Of a stretch of DNA of 64,000 bases, positions 40,606-50,355 are shown in pieces (within the stretch, counting starts at the first letter, position 1; every line of letters starts with the position of its first letter). The stretch lies in IMG/VR virus record IMGVR_UViG_3300030019_000003, positions 186,001-250,000 of that record; one strand, written 5' to 3'. Made by a program: the position numbers and the translations under genes. The notes beneath the pieces are model-generated. The model saw only the letters and a program-made list of their open reading frames with translations, had not been told where the DNA came from and did not search any database.

Positions 40606-41689
40606 CTATGATCTCTTTAATTTTAAAAGTATAACTATCAAGTTTAGCTAACTGTACACCAGGAAGCCTAACAGTTGTTGAACGATTTTCTAGTCTACGT
40701 ATCATAGCAGGTAGATAATAAAGTTCATCTTTATTTTTAACTTCACCCTTCTTACCAATATACAACATCAGATCGTAAATATAACGTATACGACTAACCC
40801 AGAGTATCCATTCAGATTGTCGTGTAAAGAATTGCTTATGCAATCTCAACACACCATCCATGTTTTCTTGTTCGATAGCAGGTATCGTTAGAAATAATTG
40901 TTCAAGATAAAGATCTTCACCGGAGGTATCATAGTTTATACTGTTTAATAGTCTATCAATATCTCTTGTGAAATCCATAACCTGTATAGGATGTTCAAAC
41001 CTAAATTTAGGTATCTCTTCTTGTTTATTAATTTTAAAGAGTCTATTAAGAATAGCCAAGTCAGTCATACTACCTATCATGTTAGGCATAACGTACATCG
41101 CTAGAAAACGTGTTGGGTTAGTAGACATGTTGTTTTCAATACGTTCCAAAGACCAATACCTATACTGTGCCATCAGGAGTATGATATCTATCTCATAGAC
41201 AAACAATGCTTGGTCCTGTAGTTCCATCGTACCAAACATAGGGTAATAGTTAATATCTGTTAGCTCGTGATAAACACAACGAATAGGTATGGCATCACGC
41301 CATGTTTTTTCTAGAGTGAACCAATCCACATCATTCTCAACAGCATATAAAACTTCAATAGCGTTCTTACTAAAGAATAAATTTTCATGGTAGAAGCCAT
41401 CATTGATATTAGAAACAATTTCCAGCTGCTTAACCGTATAAAGATAACTTGCTTTTATCGTAGCTCTGTAAGCCATATCACTTAGTTCTATGTTACTAGA
41501 ACACATAGAAATTAATCTGTTAAGCATGTGACTATTATTGACGCCACGTTCTCTATTCCTATAGTATTTTTTTAATCGCGCTATTTCAGAAACCATCATT
41601 CGTTTTACATAATCCATACGACTATATTTTTTTATAGTAAAGTCTCTGGATGGTGGAAGTTTATAATATTTAGTAAATAAATCAAACAT
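40595..41689 (-). CDS. Conserved phiKZ-like protein (putative virion protein)
   Basis: 364 aa convergent on sbcC, as in the phiKZ gp164/165 region; QYRYW and FLAMYVMPNM motifs. Confidence 0.6.
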   Translation of the reverse strand: MFDLFTKYYKLPPSRDFTIKKYSRMDYVKRMMVSEIARLKKYYRNRERGVNNSHMLNRLISMCSSNIELSDMAYRATIKASYLYTVKQLEIVSNINDGFYHENLFFSKNAIEVLYAVENDVDWFTLEKTWRDAIPIRCVYHELTDINYYPMFGTMELQDQALFVYEIDIILLMAQYRYWSLERIENNMSTNPTRFLAMYVMPNMIGSMTDLAILNRLFKINKQEEIPKFRFEHPIQVMDFTRDIDRLLNSINYDTSGEDLYLEQLFLTIPAIEQENMDGVLRLHKQFFTRQSEWILWVSRIRYIYDLMLYIGKKGEVKNKDELYYLPAMIRRLENRSTTVRLPGVQLAKLDSYTFKIKEIIGKR

Positions 41690-41715
41690 TGGGTTCTCCT
41701 AGAGTTTCATTAAAA

Positions 41716-42153
41716 ATGAATAACATATTATTCATATGGAAACTATTTACAGAAAGGACTATTGTGAAGAAAGATATTGATAAAGACCATGTAACTAAAA
41801 TACTTGCAACACCGAGTTTATGTAACTACATGGTTTACTACATGCCGCATTATCCAGAAGATAAAAAACATTTAGAAATCTGCCTAGGATTTGGTACGAA
41901 AATACGATTAGGAGCAGACATAATCTACTTTACTAATAGTAAAAGAAAAGAGTCTAAAACAGATAAAGGTCACTGGTGGGTTATGACCGATCATAAATGT
42001 ATTTCCATACCTAAAAGATTTAATACCGCAGATGCAGCTGTTGATTATGCCCGCAAGCAATATGCAAAATGGTGTAAGAAAGAACTTGCTAAAACTGTTG
42101 AAGATATCGTTGAGGCTAATAAGCTTAGGGCTGAGGCTACTGAAATTAATTAA
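41716..42153 (+). CDS. Hypothetical protein
   Basis: ATG 41716 preferred over TTG 41689, which overlaps the divergent gene's start. Confidence 0.55.
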   Translation: MNNILFIWKLFTERTIVKKDIDKDHVTKILATPSLCNYMVYYMPHYPEDKKHLEICLGFGTKIRLGADIIYFTNSKRKESKTDKGHWWVMTDHKCISIPKRFNTADAAVDYARKQYAKWCKKELAKTVEDIVEANKLRAEATEIN

Positions 42154-42166
42154 AAAAGGATAGTGT

Positions 42167-43267
42167 ATGTTGTTTAATAAACAAGTGTTGATACTCATGA
42201 CAGACTTCATGATAAATGATGGTATCATAACCAATGATGTTGGAGGATCTATTAAGGATATGTATCTTTACGATAGACCTGAGGATTTAACAGATATACG
42301 TTATAGTCTGTTTTTCAAAAATGTATTCAGATATATTAATACCAAAATAGAAACAGAAAATATTGATCAACAGTCTATTCCAAAACTTATGCTTAAAGCA
42401 CTGACTAACTTAACAGGGATACTTGAAGATAAATACACAATTAGGGATAACATTATCCCTATCGATAACCTTGAAAAATTCTTAGGAAAAGAGATTATAA
42501 CCATCGCTGGTTTAGATAAACATTTGTTAGTTTATGAAGCTTACTGTAGAGTAGTAAGTCACGATGAACATAGAACAATACAGCTAATTCATATTATTGG
42601 TTTGAAACTAGCCATAATCATACGTGATGATTTGCTCATTGTTATTGACTTTGTTACAGGTAGACTGATAACGCCTACTTATAATTCTGTTGTAAACATT
42701 AAGAATATTCTGAAATCTCGCGATGAAATAAAAGCAGTAGACACTATTGACGATGAGCAGGATACTTTTAATAAACGTAAGTTTTATCTTTTAGCCGAAC
42801 TCGCTAAGACACCTACAAAACCTTTTACGCCACACGAGGTAGATGCTATAGGTATTAATCTTTACGATGCTCTTGGCTACGATGATGAGGGTAGTCCTAT
42901 TTCTATCTCTAGAGAAGAACTGCACTCCATGACACTTCACTCCATGACACTTAGAAACTTTATAGATACTATTGAAAAATCTACATGTTATCTAGGATGC
43001 TTGGATCAAGCTGGCGGGATCTCTTTAGAGGTAGCCGCTAAGTTAGAACGTGAAATATTGTTAGGTAAGAACTATGAATATTTCAATAATGGTGATCCAG
43101 GGGAATTAGCTAAATGGATTGCTAATCCAAATATAGCTACCTTACCAAACATAGTGGTTAATGATGAATTTGTCGTTATAAGATTAGAGTATGACATCAT
43201 GCTAAATGTTAATAAACTTACAGGGGAGTTACAGTTTATGTTTAAGAGCCTTATCCATTTAGAATAA
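42167..43267 (+). CDS. Hypothetical protein
   Basis: 366-aa ORF; AAGGA RBS. Confidence 0.7.
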   Translation: MLFNKQVLILMTDFMINDGIITNDVGGSIKDMYLYDRPEDLTDIRYSLFFKNVFRYINTKIETENIDQQSIPKLMLKALTNLTGILEDKYTIRDNIIPIDNLEKFLGKEIITIAGLDKHLLVYEAYCRVVSHDEHRTIQLIHIIGLKLAIIIRDDLLIVIDFVTGRLITPTYNSVVNIKNILKSRDEIKAVDTIDDEQDTFNKRKFYLLAELAKTPTKPFTPHEVDAIGINLYDALGYDDEGSPISISREELHSMTLHSMTLRNFIDTIEKSTCYLGCLDQAGGISLEVAAKLEREILLGKNYEYFNNGDPGELAKWIANPNIATLPNIVVNDEFVVIRLEYDIMLNVNKLTGELQFMFKSLIHLE

Positions 43268-43371
43268 TTTTTCTTAACATATCCTATTATATGATAAAAA
43301 TCTCATTGGTGAAAACCGATGAGGTAAGATAGGGCATGTATAAGATTGCGTTTTTAATTATTGTTAAAATG

Positions 43372-43404
43372 AATAATTTTTAACAACATATTATTTAGTT
43401 AGAG
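43372..43404 (+). promoter_or_regulatory. Putative early promoter of chmA
   Basis: AATAATTTTTAACAACATATTATTTAGTTAGAG, followed by a hairpin at 43403-43426. Confidence 0.65.
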
Positions 43405-43472
43405 AACAATAACGTACTGTTGTTCTTAAAAATACTTTTGTCGACAAAAGTACAACATCACAAGGAGATACC

Positions 43473-45332
43473 ATGAATGGTAACAACAATGGAGCAGGGT
43501 TAACGTTTGATGAAAATGAGGGTACTGGAAATCCAGCAGTAGGTCAAAATGAGAATTTGCAGCAACCTAATGGATACGCGCCTTATCAAAATGAGGGTTC
43601 AACCACGTATGATAATGGATTCAATTTGTTTCAAAGTGGCTTCTTATCAACACAACCTGGCTCAGAACTTACTGCGAAATACTCTAAAGGTATTTTAGAG
43701 TTTATCGAAAAAATTAAAAGAACCGGTTTTAAAGTTAGCGAACTTGACAACGCTACGATTACAAATTTAAAATACAGTTCTATCATCATCTCTGCGGTCA
43801 ATGGACCAGAAGTACTTTATTACACATTGCTTATTGCCGCTACAGGTAAAGCTTCTCATAATGTTAAAGATTACTTCAATGTTCTTTCTGATGCAGAACG
43901 TATGAGTCTTAAAGATGCAGATGAAGCAGTGCGCTCATTGTACTTACCTTATATCGCATTTGATAATGACTATAAAGCAGCGATCGAAGCAAAACTTGAT
44001 GAAACTTATGGTACAAAATACAAATACGTTTCTCTTGATGGTTTCATCATTCATGAAGATGTTGTTGACAGTGAAGATCTATATCGTCATATGTTTGCAA
44101 AAGCGTTTAATGCGTTCCATGCTGAAACAAAAATGAGTGATGGTGTTGGCGATGCTACTATTGAAAACATTGCAAGATCTGCAAACTATCGTATCGCAAG
44201 TAACGGATGTAGAAACAGCGTTTCAGCATTGACTCCATTTGGTGCTGCTGTTAGAACTGACTGGCAGTTATCTTTGATTCCACAACCTCGTAAACAATCT
44301 TCTAACAGTATTCACACTGAAGGTGCTGTTGGACCTATCTTAACAGTTGGTGGTTTTGTAGATGCTATCCCTGAACAAACAATGATCCAAGAAGGCTTTG
44401 GTCAAATTGCAGGTATCCGTTATCACCCACATATTATCGTAACAAATGTTGCAAGTGCGTATGAAACAACGGGTATGGCTCTTCTTGCTATTACTGTTGG
44501 TGTAAGTATGGTTAAACCTGAAATGTATCTTGCGTCATTATCGCCAAGAGCTAAAAACAATCCAGGCGCATTGAATGTATTTGCTAACCTTGCTAACAAT
44601 CCAAATGGTGGTGAGTTCTTAGATATGACAACTGCAGCGTATACTCCTGATGCTATCATGGATTCATTGTCTAAAATGTTTACATTGGCTCCAGTGTTCT
44701 CTATTGATATTGAAACTTTTGGTCCTGATGCTTATACACTTTCTGCATTCACAAGTCTTACTAAAGAGAACCCAACAACATTCGCAGGTGCTGCAGCTTA
44801 CTTGGTTAACGTTGCGTCTAAACTTACAAAAGGCATGTTTCCTACTGAATATGACCTTAACAAAGTTATTGCTGGATTTACACGTGTCCCAACAGGTTCA
44901 TATATTGATCATGGTTCTAATGTACCATCTGATATTCGTGACTTTGATATGATCCGTGTTGTTAATGAGTCTGTTAACAATCCTAAATTGATTTACAAAT
45001 GGTACAACTCTAACACTAACCCAAATGGTTACAATGAAAAAGTTGAAGTTCTTGCAGCTATTAATCCAGGTGCTAAGATCACTGGTGAAGCAAGACGTGT
45101 TACGTTACATCCTGAGTTTATTGCAACACTTGTTAACGCAGTTTCTGCAAATAACCTTAGACCAAGTGCTACTCCTGAGGTTGAACTACAAACAACAAAT
45201 GGTTTCGTAGGTGGTGGTTTCTTTGCTACTGCTGGTGTTACCAATGTTGGTTTTGGTAACTTTGGTGGATTTGGTACAAATAGACCTGTAGGCTTTGGTA
45301 ACAACCAAGCTACATTTAGTAATCGTTTCTAA
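43473..45332 (+). CDS. chmA: Chimallin, phage nuclear shell protein (phiKZ gp54 / 201phi2-1 gp105-like)
   Basis: 619 aa; collinear motifs FGAAVRTD, PHIIVTNV, NPGALN, PVFSIDIETFG, SDIRDFD and TGEARRVTLHPEFI; lies upstream of the nvRNAP beta' gene. Confidence 0.9.
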   Translation: MNGNNNGAGLTFDENEGTGNPAVGQNENLQQPNGYAPYQNEGSTTYDNGFNLFQSGFLSTQPGSELTAKYSKGILEFIEKIKRTGFKVSELDNATITNLKYSSIIISAVNGPEVLYYTLLIAATGKASHNVKDYFNVLSDAERMSLKDADEAVRSLYLPYIAFDNDYKAAIEAKLDETYGTKYKYVSLDGFIIHEDVVDSEDLYRHMFAKAFNAFHAETKMSDGVGDATIENIARSANYRIASNGCRNSVSALTPFGAAVRTDWQLSLIPQPRKQSSNSIHTEGAVGPILTVGGFVDAIPEQTMIQEGFGQIAGIRYHPHIIVTNVASAYETTGMALLAITVGVSMVKPEMYLASLSPRAKNNPGALNVFANLANNPNGGEFLDMTTAAYTPDAIMDSLSKMFTLAPVFSIDIETFGPDAYTLSAFTSLTKENPTTFAGAAAYLVNVASKLTKGMFPTEYDLNKVIAGFTRVPTGSYIDHGSNVPSDIRDFDMIRVVNESVNNPKLIYKWYNSNTNPNGYNEKVEVLAAINPGAKITGEARRVTLHPEFIATLVNAVSANNLRPSATPEVELQTTNGFVGGGFFATAGVTNVGFGNFGGFGTNRPVGFGNNQATFSNRF

Positions 45333-45339
45333 CGCTTAA

Positions 45340-45373
45340 AACTACAGGTAAGGTTAACGCCTTACCTGTAGTT
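45340..45373 (+). terminator. Terminator after chmA
   Basis: AACTACAGGTAAGG-ttaacg-CCTTACCTGTAGTT then T tracts. Confidence 0.8.
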
Positions 45374-45399
45374 ATTTTTGTTTTTTTAAGGGGAGAACT

Positions 45400-45606
45400 A
45401 TGGCCTACACACCATATGTAAAAGTAACTACAGAAGATATTAAGGAAATGATAGCCTCAGGACAAATCACACCAGGCTCAACGGTGTGCGATAGCTGTCA
45501 TGGTACTGGCGAGTGTCCTATTGATATTTACGACGAAGATGATAAAAGAAATGATGATCTTTATGAAGAGTGCAAAGTATGCGGTGGTAATGGACATGTA
45601 TGTTAA
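45400..45606 (+). CDS. Small DnaJ-type zinc-finger protein
   Basis: CDSCHGTG and CKVCGGNG (CxxCxGxG twice); GGAG RBS. Confidence 0.7.
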   Translation: MAYTPYVKVTTEDIKEMIASGQITPGSTVCDSCHGTGECPIDIYDEDDKRNDDLYEECKVCGGNGHVC

Positions 45607-45641
45607 TGTTCTGTTCACCGAACGTTTATAAGGAGAAATAA

Positions 45642-46916
45642 ATGGCTATAACACAAACGCTTATACCTATAGATCAACTCTATCAACGTACAGGTGCCAA
45701 GATCATATTGAATAAGCTAAATGCCTTCAGTATGACTGATCAAGAAACCTTGTCTAAAAGTATCATGACTGTTTATGATAATGTTGACGTTATTTCTACG
45801 ATACCGCAATGTGATTGTGGCGCTATTAAAGGTAGGTACCTATTAGGAACACGTTGCCATACCTGCGGTACTGAGTGTAAAGAACTACATGAGAAAGTAG
45901 ATCCTATCCTATGGTTAGAAGCTATGGATAAAGGTTTACGATTCTTAAATCCAGGATTCTGGATGTTGATGTCCGAGATACTAGATTCTAAAAAACTGGT
46001 AGATTGGCTAAGATGGCTATGTGATCCAACCTATAGTAATGAAACACCTGTTCCACCACATATACAAGGAATTTATCTTGACGTCTTAAAAAGTAAACGT
46101 GAGTATAATAATACGATGTTACGCTTAAGAGATATCATGGTTTATATTCTTAATATACCAAGACCAACAGCAAAAGCAGATAGCTTATCTAAAGTATCTA
46201 TTATTAAACTAATAGAACTGTATGATCAGTATACAGCAGATGATATTTTATTCTCAACATATCTTCCGATTGTTAATAAGAAATTGTTTGTTATGGAAAA
46301 TACGGCTAAGGGTAAGTTTGTTAATCTTGTTGTATCTGAGATTCTTGATATCGTACTATCGTGGGTTAAAAGTTCTAATGCATTTGAGATTGATAGGAAT
46401 CTTAAAAAAGCAGGCATCATTACAGCTATGGCAGTATCGGAATTAAGTAAGTTCTTTTCAGAATTTACGGATAAGTATATCTTGAAAAAATCAGGATTGT
46501 TTCGTAAGCATGTATATGGTTCACGAGGTCACTTTACTTTCCGATGTGTTATCGTGTCAATATCAGGTCCGCATGATTATGACGAGATACACATACCTTG
46601 GGCTGTAGGTGTAACTGTTTTACGACCTATGCTTCTTAATAAGCTACGCCAACGCGGTGTAACCTATAAAGCAAGTCATAAGTTGCTTATGCAATCTGTT
46701 AAAAAGTTTGATCCGTTAATAAATGAGTTACTATTAGAGTTACTAGCAGAATCTCCATTAGGAAAACTACCAGTAATATCACAACGTAACCCATCACTAA
46801 CACAATCTAGTGCACTATTAACGTATATTACTAAAGTAAAGACGGATGTTGATGATAAGACTGTAGGTATTAGCAGCCTTGTTTGTAAACTACCTAATGC
46901 TGATTTTGATGGGGAT
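45642..46916 (+). CDS. Non-virion RNA polymerase beta' N-terminal subunit, exon 1 (phiKZ gp55-like)
   Basis: Zn motif CDCG...CHTC, KKSGLFRKHVYGSR, QRNPSL and catalytic NADFDGD; the ORF-track end at 46949 is read-through into the intron. Confidence 0.92.
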
Positions 46917-47400
46917 GAACATTTCGTCCCCCTAGGCATTGCTGCCTAGTAAAAAACCTCTCTAATTGCGGGAACCGACTTAAGACTATAGCTACTACTC
47001 GTACCTAGAAATAGAGTATGATACTTACGGAGTAATGTTTCCAGTAAGAAAAGTAAAAACGCTATAATATTGCGGAATCGACGCAGCGAAGCTTCTAAGT
47101 CCGATGAGGATATGAAGTAGGCTCAACGACTATCGAAACGACGCACTACAGTGTATGAGATGCCTATAGACGGTGTCGGTATAGGTAACTATACTCAACG
47201 GAGTAGAGTAGGGCCCAAGTGGGTGGGTATAGAATCCCTTAAATCGAAACGAGAGGAATTTGTAATTTTTAATTACAAGTTATGATATAGTCTATGCGAC
47301 TTATAAGTCTTTCCTAGTTTACAAACTAGGTCATCGTGTAAAACACACGAGCCGCATGTAAAGATGCGAGTATATTTAACGAATATGCTAAATATTTTAA
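46917..47400 (+). ncRNA. Group I self-splicing intron (IA-like), no internal ORF
   Basis: P1 with U.G pair (GGGGAU/GUCCCC); P AAUUGCGGGA; Q AAUCGACGCAGC; R CUCAACGACUAU; S GAUAUAGUC; P3 CCUCUC/GAGAGG; P8 hairpin; P10 AUUUC/GAAAU. Confidence 0.92.
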
Positions 47401-47634
47401 GAAATTAATTTTACGTTAATTTTAGATACTTATCTACATGAGTTAGCTAAAACGTTCGCACCACATCACAATGTATTTGATGGTGCTAAACCTTATAGTA
47501 TCAATGGGTTTATTACATTATTAACACCTGCTAATGCTTTGTTATCAGACGCGCTAGATGATGATGAAGAAAGACCACTAGAAGACACTATTTATGACAA
47601 GTTAAAGTTTGTAAAAGTAGGTGTTAATAAATAA
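47401..47634 (+). CDS. nvRNAP beta' exon 2 (77 aa; absent from the ORF track)
   Basis: Reads EINFTLILDTYLHELAKTFAPHHNVF...VGVNK-stop, continuing NADFDGD in frame; the spliced product is 502 aa. Confidence 0.88.
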   Translation, partial: EINFTLILDTYLHELAKTFAPHHNVFDGAKPYSINGFITLLTPANALLSDALDDDEERPLEDTIYDKLKFVKVGVNK

Positions 47635-47684
47635 GCATATATTATTCATTTGTACTGTGAGAAAGATTATTAGAAAGGAGATTT

Positions 47685-48287
47685 ATGACAGTGACATTGC
47701 ACGAAACAGGTACTGCAGGATTCAATGCACTACTGTATACTCCACCATCACAACCATTGATTGATTATATTGGACGGCATGTAAATGCAGCCATGGAGGC
47801 TACAGGCACGCTCGGTCAAAGATTTGTGGACAATGTCAAATCTATTTATAATAGGTTTGGCAGCGAGAGAAGTATCTTGGATAGCAAAAGACTTCTTGCG
47901 CAAACAGGTCCAGGGTTTAGGGATGATGTTATTTATAATGTTGGTTATAATGACTTAGGGAATGCAAACCTTTGGATGCAACATTATATTATGGCTAATC
48001 CTAGAGTAGGTGATCTATACAGTAAAGGTATGTGTCATGGTTATGCAGATACATATATTAATTCTGAAAAAGACACTTATGGTGAGAACACTATGTTATA
48101 TATGGATGTTATGGACGGGGTCTATGATCTCGAAAAAGACACACTCCATCACTACTATCATACAGAGATGTCTGATAATGGTATGGACACAGTTGACAAG
48201 ATGAGTGTTCTTAACACTTGGGACAATGTAGTAGAATCAATCTTTAAAGGATTGGATCCTACTGATCCAGATAAAGGGTCCTTATGA
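47685..48287 (+). CDS. Conserved phiKZ-like core protein downstream of nvRNAP beta'
   Basis: FNALLY, ANLWMQHYIMANP...GY.DTY and DPT motifs; AAGGAG RBS. Confidence 0.65.
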   Translation: MTVTLHETGTAGFNALLYTPPSQPLIDYIGRHVNAAMEATGTLGQRFVDNVKSIYNRFGSERSILDSKRLLAQTGPGFRDDVIYNVGYNDLGNANLWMQHYIMANPRVGDLYSKGMCHGYADTYINSEKDTYGENTMLYMDVMDGVYDLEKDTLHHYYHTEMSDNGMDTVDKMSVLNTWDNVVESIFKGLDPTDPDKGSL

Positions 48288-48411
48288 GACCCTTATTAAT
48301 TTTAACATAAAGGAGACATCGGCTATGACCATTTAGTGTGCTTGTTTAAATTTAAACTACTCTAAACAAAACACACTTAACCGAAGAATTGAAGCTAATA
48401 AGGAGTTAATT

Positions 48412-49161
48412 ATGAAAAAGCTTATATTATTGTTAATGGTACTCGTTGTATCGTTATTCGCAAAACCATTAAAACCAGAGAGTGTTCTTGCTAAAGAACT
48501 TACCAAACTAGATAAGGGTCAGCAAGAATTACTATTTAAATCTTACATTTATGCTGAACAAAATGGATACGGGTATACATTAACAGCTGTGGCTTGGAAA
48601 GAAAGTAACTTTGGTAAGATAGTTGCTAATCCAAAAGAGGGAAAGTACGGAACGTACGGACCATATCAATCTAAAGTAGAAGATGTCCTAGCAAGGAACC
48701 ATTTAAAGCCTACTAAAGATAATATCGCTAAGGTGAGAGAGCAATTATTGCACGATCTTAAATTCGCGGCTAATGATGCCATAATCGAATTAAAAGCATG
48801 GGATCATTCACATGCTAAAAAGAAAAAGGTAAATGTATATCGCAGTACACTAGCAGCTTATAATGCAGGTACGGCAGCGGAGAAATCTAGCTTAGGAAAA
48901 GGATACGCTGAAGATATCGTACATCGATTACCAATCGTTAAAAAGTACATAATGAGTAAGCCTGAACTTTTAGCATCTTATAAAGAACATGCAAAGACAA
49001 TAGATAGATTGTCATCTTTTATAAAAGTTTCAGATCCTAAGGATATACGAATTATCTTATCTTGTACTACGTTTGACTTAAAACCGCTAGGTGCTACTTA
49101 TCTTAGTACTGTCACAGCGCGGGAGTTAATACCTAGTTTAGCAAAAGACGAATTAGTTTAA
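48412..49161 (+). CDS. Lytic transglycosylase (SLT/lysozyme-like) with signal peptide; candidate endolysin
   Basis: MKKLILLLMVLVVSLFA signal; AVAWKESNFG (catalytic Glu), GPYQ and LAAYNAG. Confidence 0.85.
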   Translation: MKKLILLLMVLVVSLFAKPLKPESVLAKELTKLDKGQQELLFKSYIYAEQNGYGYTLTAVAWKESNFGKIVANPKEGKYGTYGPYQSKVEDVLARNHLKPTKDNIAKVREQLLHDLKFAANDAIIELKAWDHSHAKKKKVNVYRSTLAAYNAGTAAEKSSLGKGYAEDIVHRLPIVKKYIMSKPELLASYKEHAKTIDRLSSFIKVSDPKDIRIILSCTTFDLKPLGATYLSTVTARELIPSLAKDELV

Positions 49162-49174
49162 TACATGCTTAAAA

Positions 49175-49209
49175 TAACATACACAGAGACATAGTCTCTG
49201 TGTATGTTA
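49175..49209. terminator. Bidirectional 16-bp stem hairpin
   Basis: TAACATACACAGAGAC-ata-GTCTCTGTGTATGTTA. Confidence 0.8.
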
Positions 49210-49917
49210 AGATTTCTTTTTTCTACTAAAGTCAACTGAAAAATGTGCGGCATCTATAAACGATAAATCAATAACGGTACCTACGGCATAAGCCATGTTC
49301 ATAAAGGTTTCATACTTAGCAGCTGACTGCTTCATAGTACCTGTTAACAAAGCAGGTGCAAATAAAGAAACATTTAAGAGAGGCGTATTAATAAGGCTGC
49401 ACGTACCAACATGATAGTCTATCCAATCTAAAGCATCGTATTTAAACATGATACCTATATGCTCGTCTATCCATAACGGTGTTAATTCTGCATTATCAAC
49501 ATTAATAAAGTCTATCTTACAATCTGGTATTAGCGCCATGATGACAATACTAAATATCTCTTTCTCTTCTAGATCAAGACTATAGGGATAGGTGTTAATG
49601 AAAAGAGTAGGACGTTCACTTATGGTAATATCGTTAAGACCTGTTAATTCTTCACCGTAGTGTTTACGTATCATACCTATAATACGCGTTGGTAAAGCAA
49701 GTTTTAGAAGTTGTTTATCACGACTTCTATAGAACGCTCTAAAGATATCATAAGAGATCGTTTCAAACTCATCCTTAATACGTTTGTCATACTTACCTGT
49801 TGAACGCATACGTACCGCTATATCGTTATTAAACATATATAACAAAGGTAATCGTGTATCAAAAAGAGTATCGATATCTACATAGATATTCTTAGGTTGT
49901 TTTTTAACGTCTTCCAC
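49207..49917 (-). CDS. Conserved phiKZ-like protein (HAD-like DxD start)
   Basis: IYVDIDTLFDTRL; INTYPYSL; GGAG RBS. Confidence 0.65.
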   Translation of the reverse strand: MEDVKKQPKNIYVDIDTLFDTRLPLLYMFNNDIAVRMRSTGKYDKRIKDEFETISYDIFRAFYRSRDKQLLKLALPTRIIGMIRKHYGEELTGLNDITISERPTLFINTYPYSLDLEEKEIFSIVIMALIPDCKIDFINVDNAELTPLWIDEHIGIMFKYDALDWIDYHVGTCSLINTPLLNVSLFAPALLTGTMKQSAAKYETFMNMAYAVGTVIDLSFIDAAHFSVDFSRKKKS

Positions 49918-50305
49918 TGTCTTCTCCTAAAGAGCGTTTGATAGCATCTAGCTGATTTAAACTTTCTTCGTCTGCTTTACGTTTTTCCATTTTTAAAAGT
50001 TTAAGTTCTTCAATATAGGCATCCTTCTGAGAACGTGTCAACTCCATAAACTCACTCAACGACATACCAAAAAAATCTTTAAATTCATAAATATGATATT
50101 CCGCTATAAAATCTTTTAGTTCATTATGCTCTCGTGTTGATTCTTCTTCTTTGTATAGGGTTACTGAGAATACCGAATAAAGATCATCATCCTCAGGTTT
50201 CTTACTATAGTACATATTATTAAACGACTCTTTAAGAAGTAGTTTTGTACCTATACTTGATAAAGCTGTTGTGACATTGGAGTACAAATTATCAATATAC
50301 TCCAT
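49904..50305 (-). CDS. Tail/baseplate chaperone 'T'-like domain, probably expressed as a -1 frameshift fusion
   Basis: FKDFFGMSLSEFMEL motif; frame stays open upstream to 50413; no properly spaced RBS before ATG 50305. Confidence 0.65.
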   Translation of the reverse strand: MEYIDNLYSNVTTALSSIGTKLLLKESFNNMYYSKKPEDDDLYSVFSVTLYKEEESTREHNELKDFIAEYHIYEFKDFFGMSLSEFMELTRSQKDAYIEELKLLKMEKRKADEESLNQLDAIKRSLGEDSGRR

Positions 50306-50355
50306 TTTATTAACACGTGTATCACTCCAGTCAACACCTAAGATATGGGGTTTAC

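Noticed and set aside
42921-42950. Short tandem duplication CACTCCATGACACTT (LHSMTLHSMTL)
   Set aside because: A single in-frame 15-nt duplication; probably neutral slippage.
46917-46949. ORF-track C-terminus EHFVPLGIAA of the 435-aa RNAP ORF
   Set aside because: It is read-through into the intron's P1/P2; the real C-terminus is exon 2 at 47401-47634.
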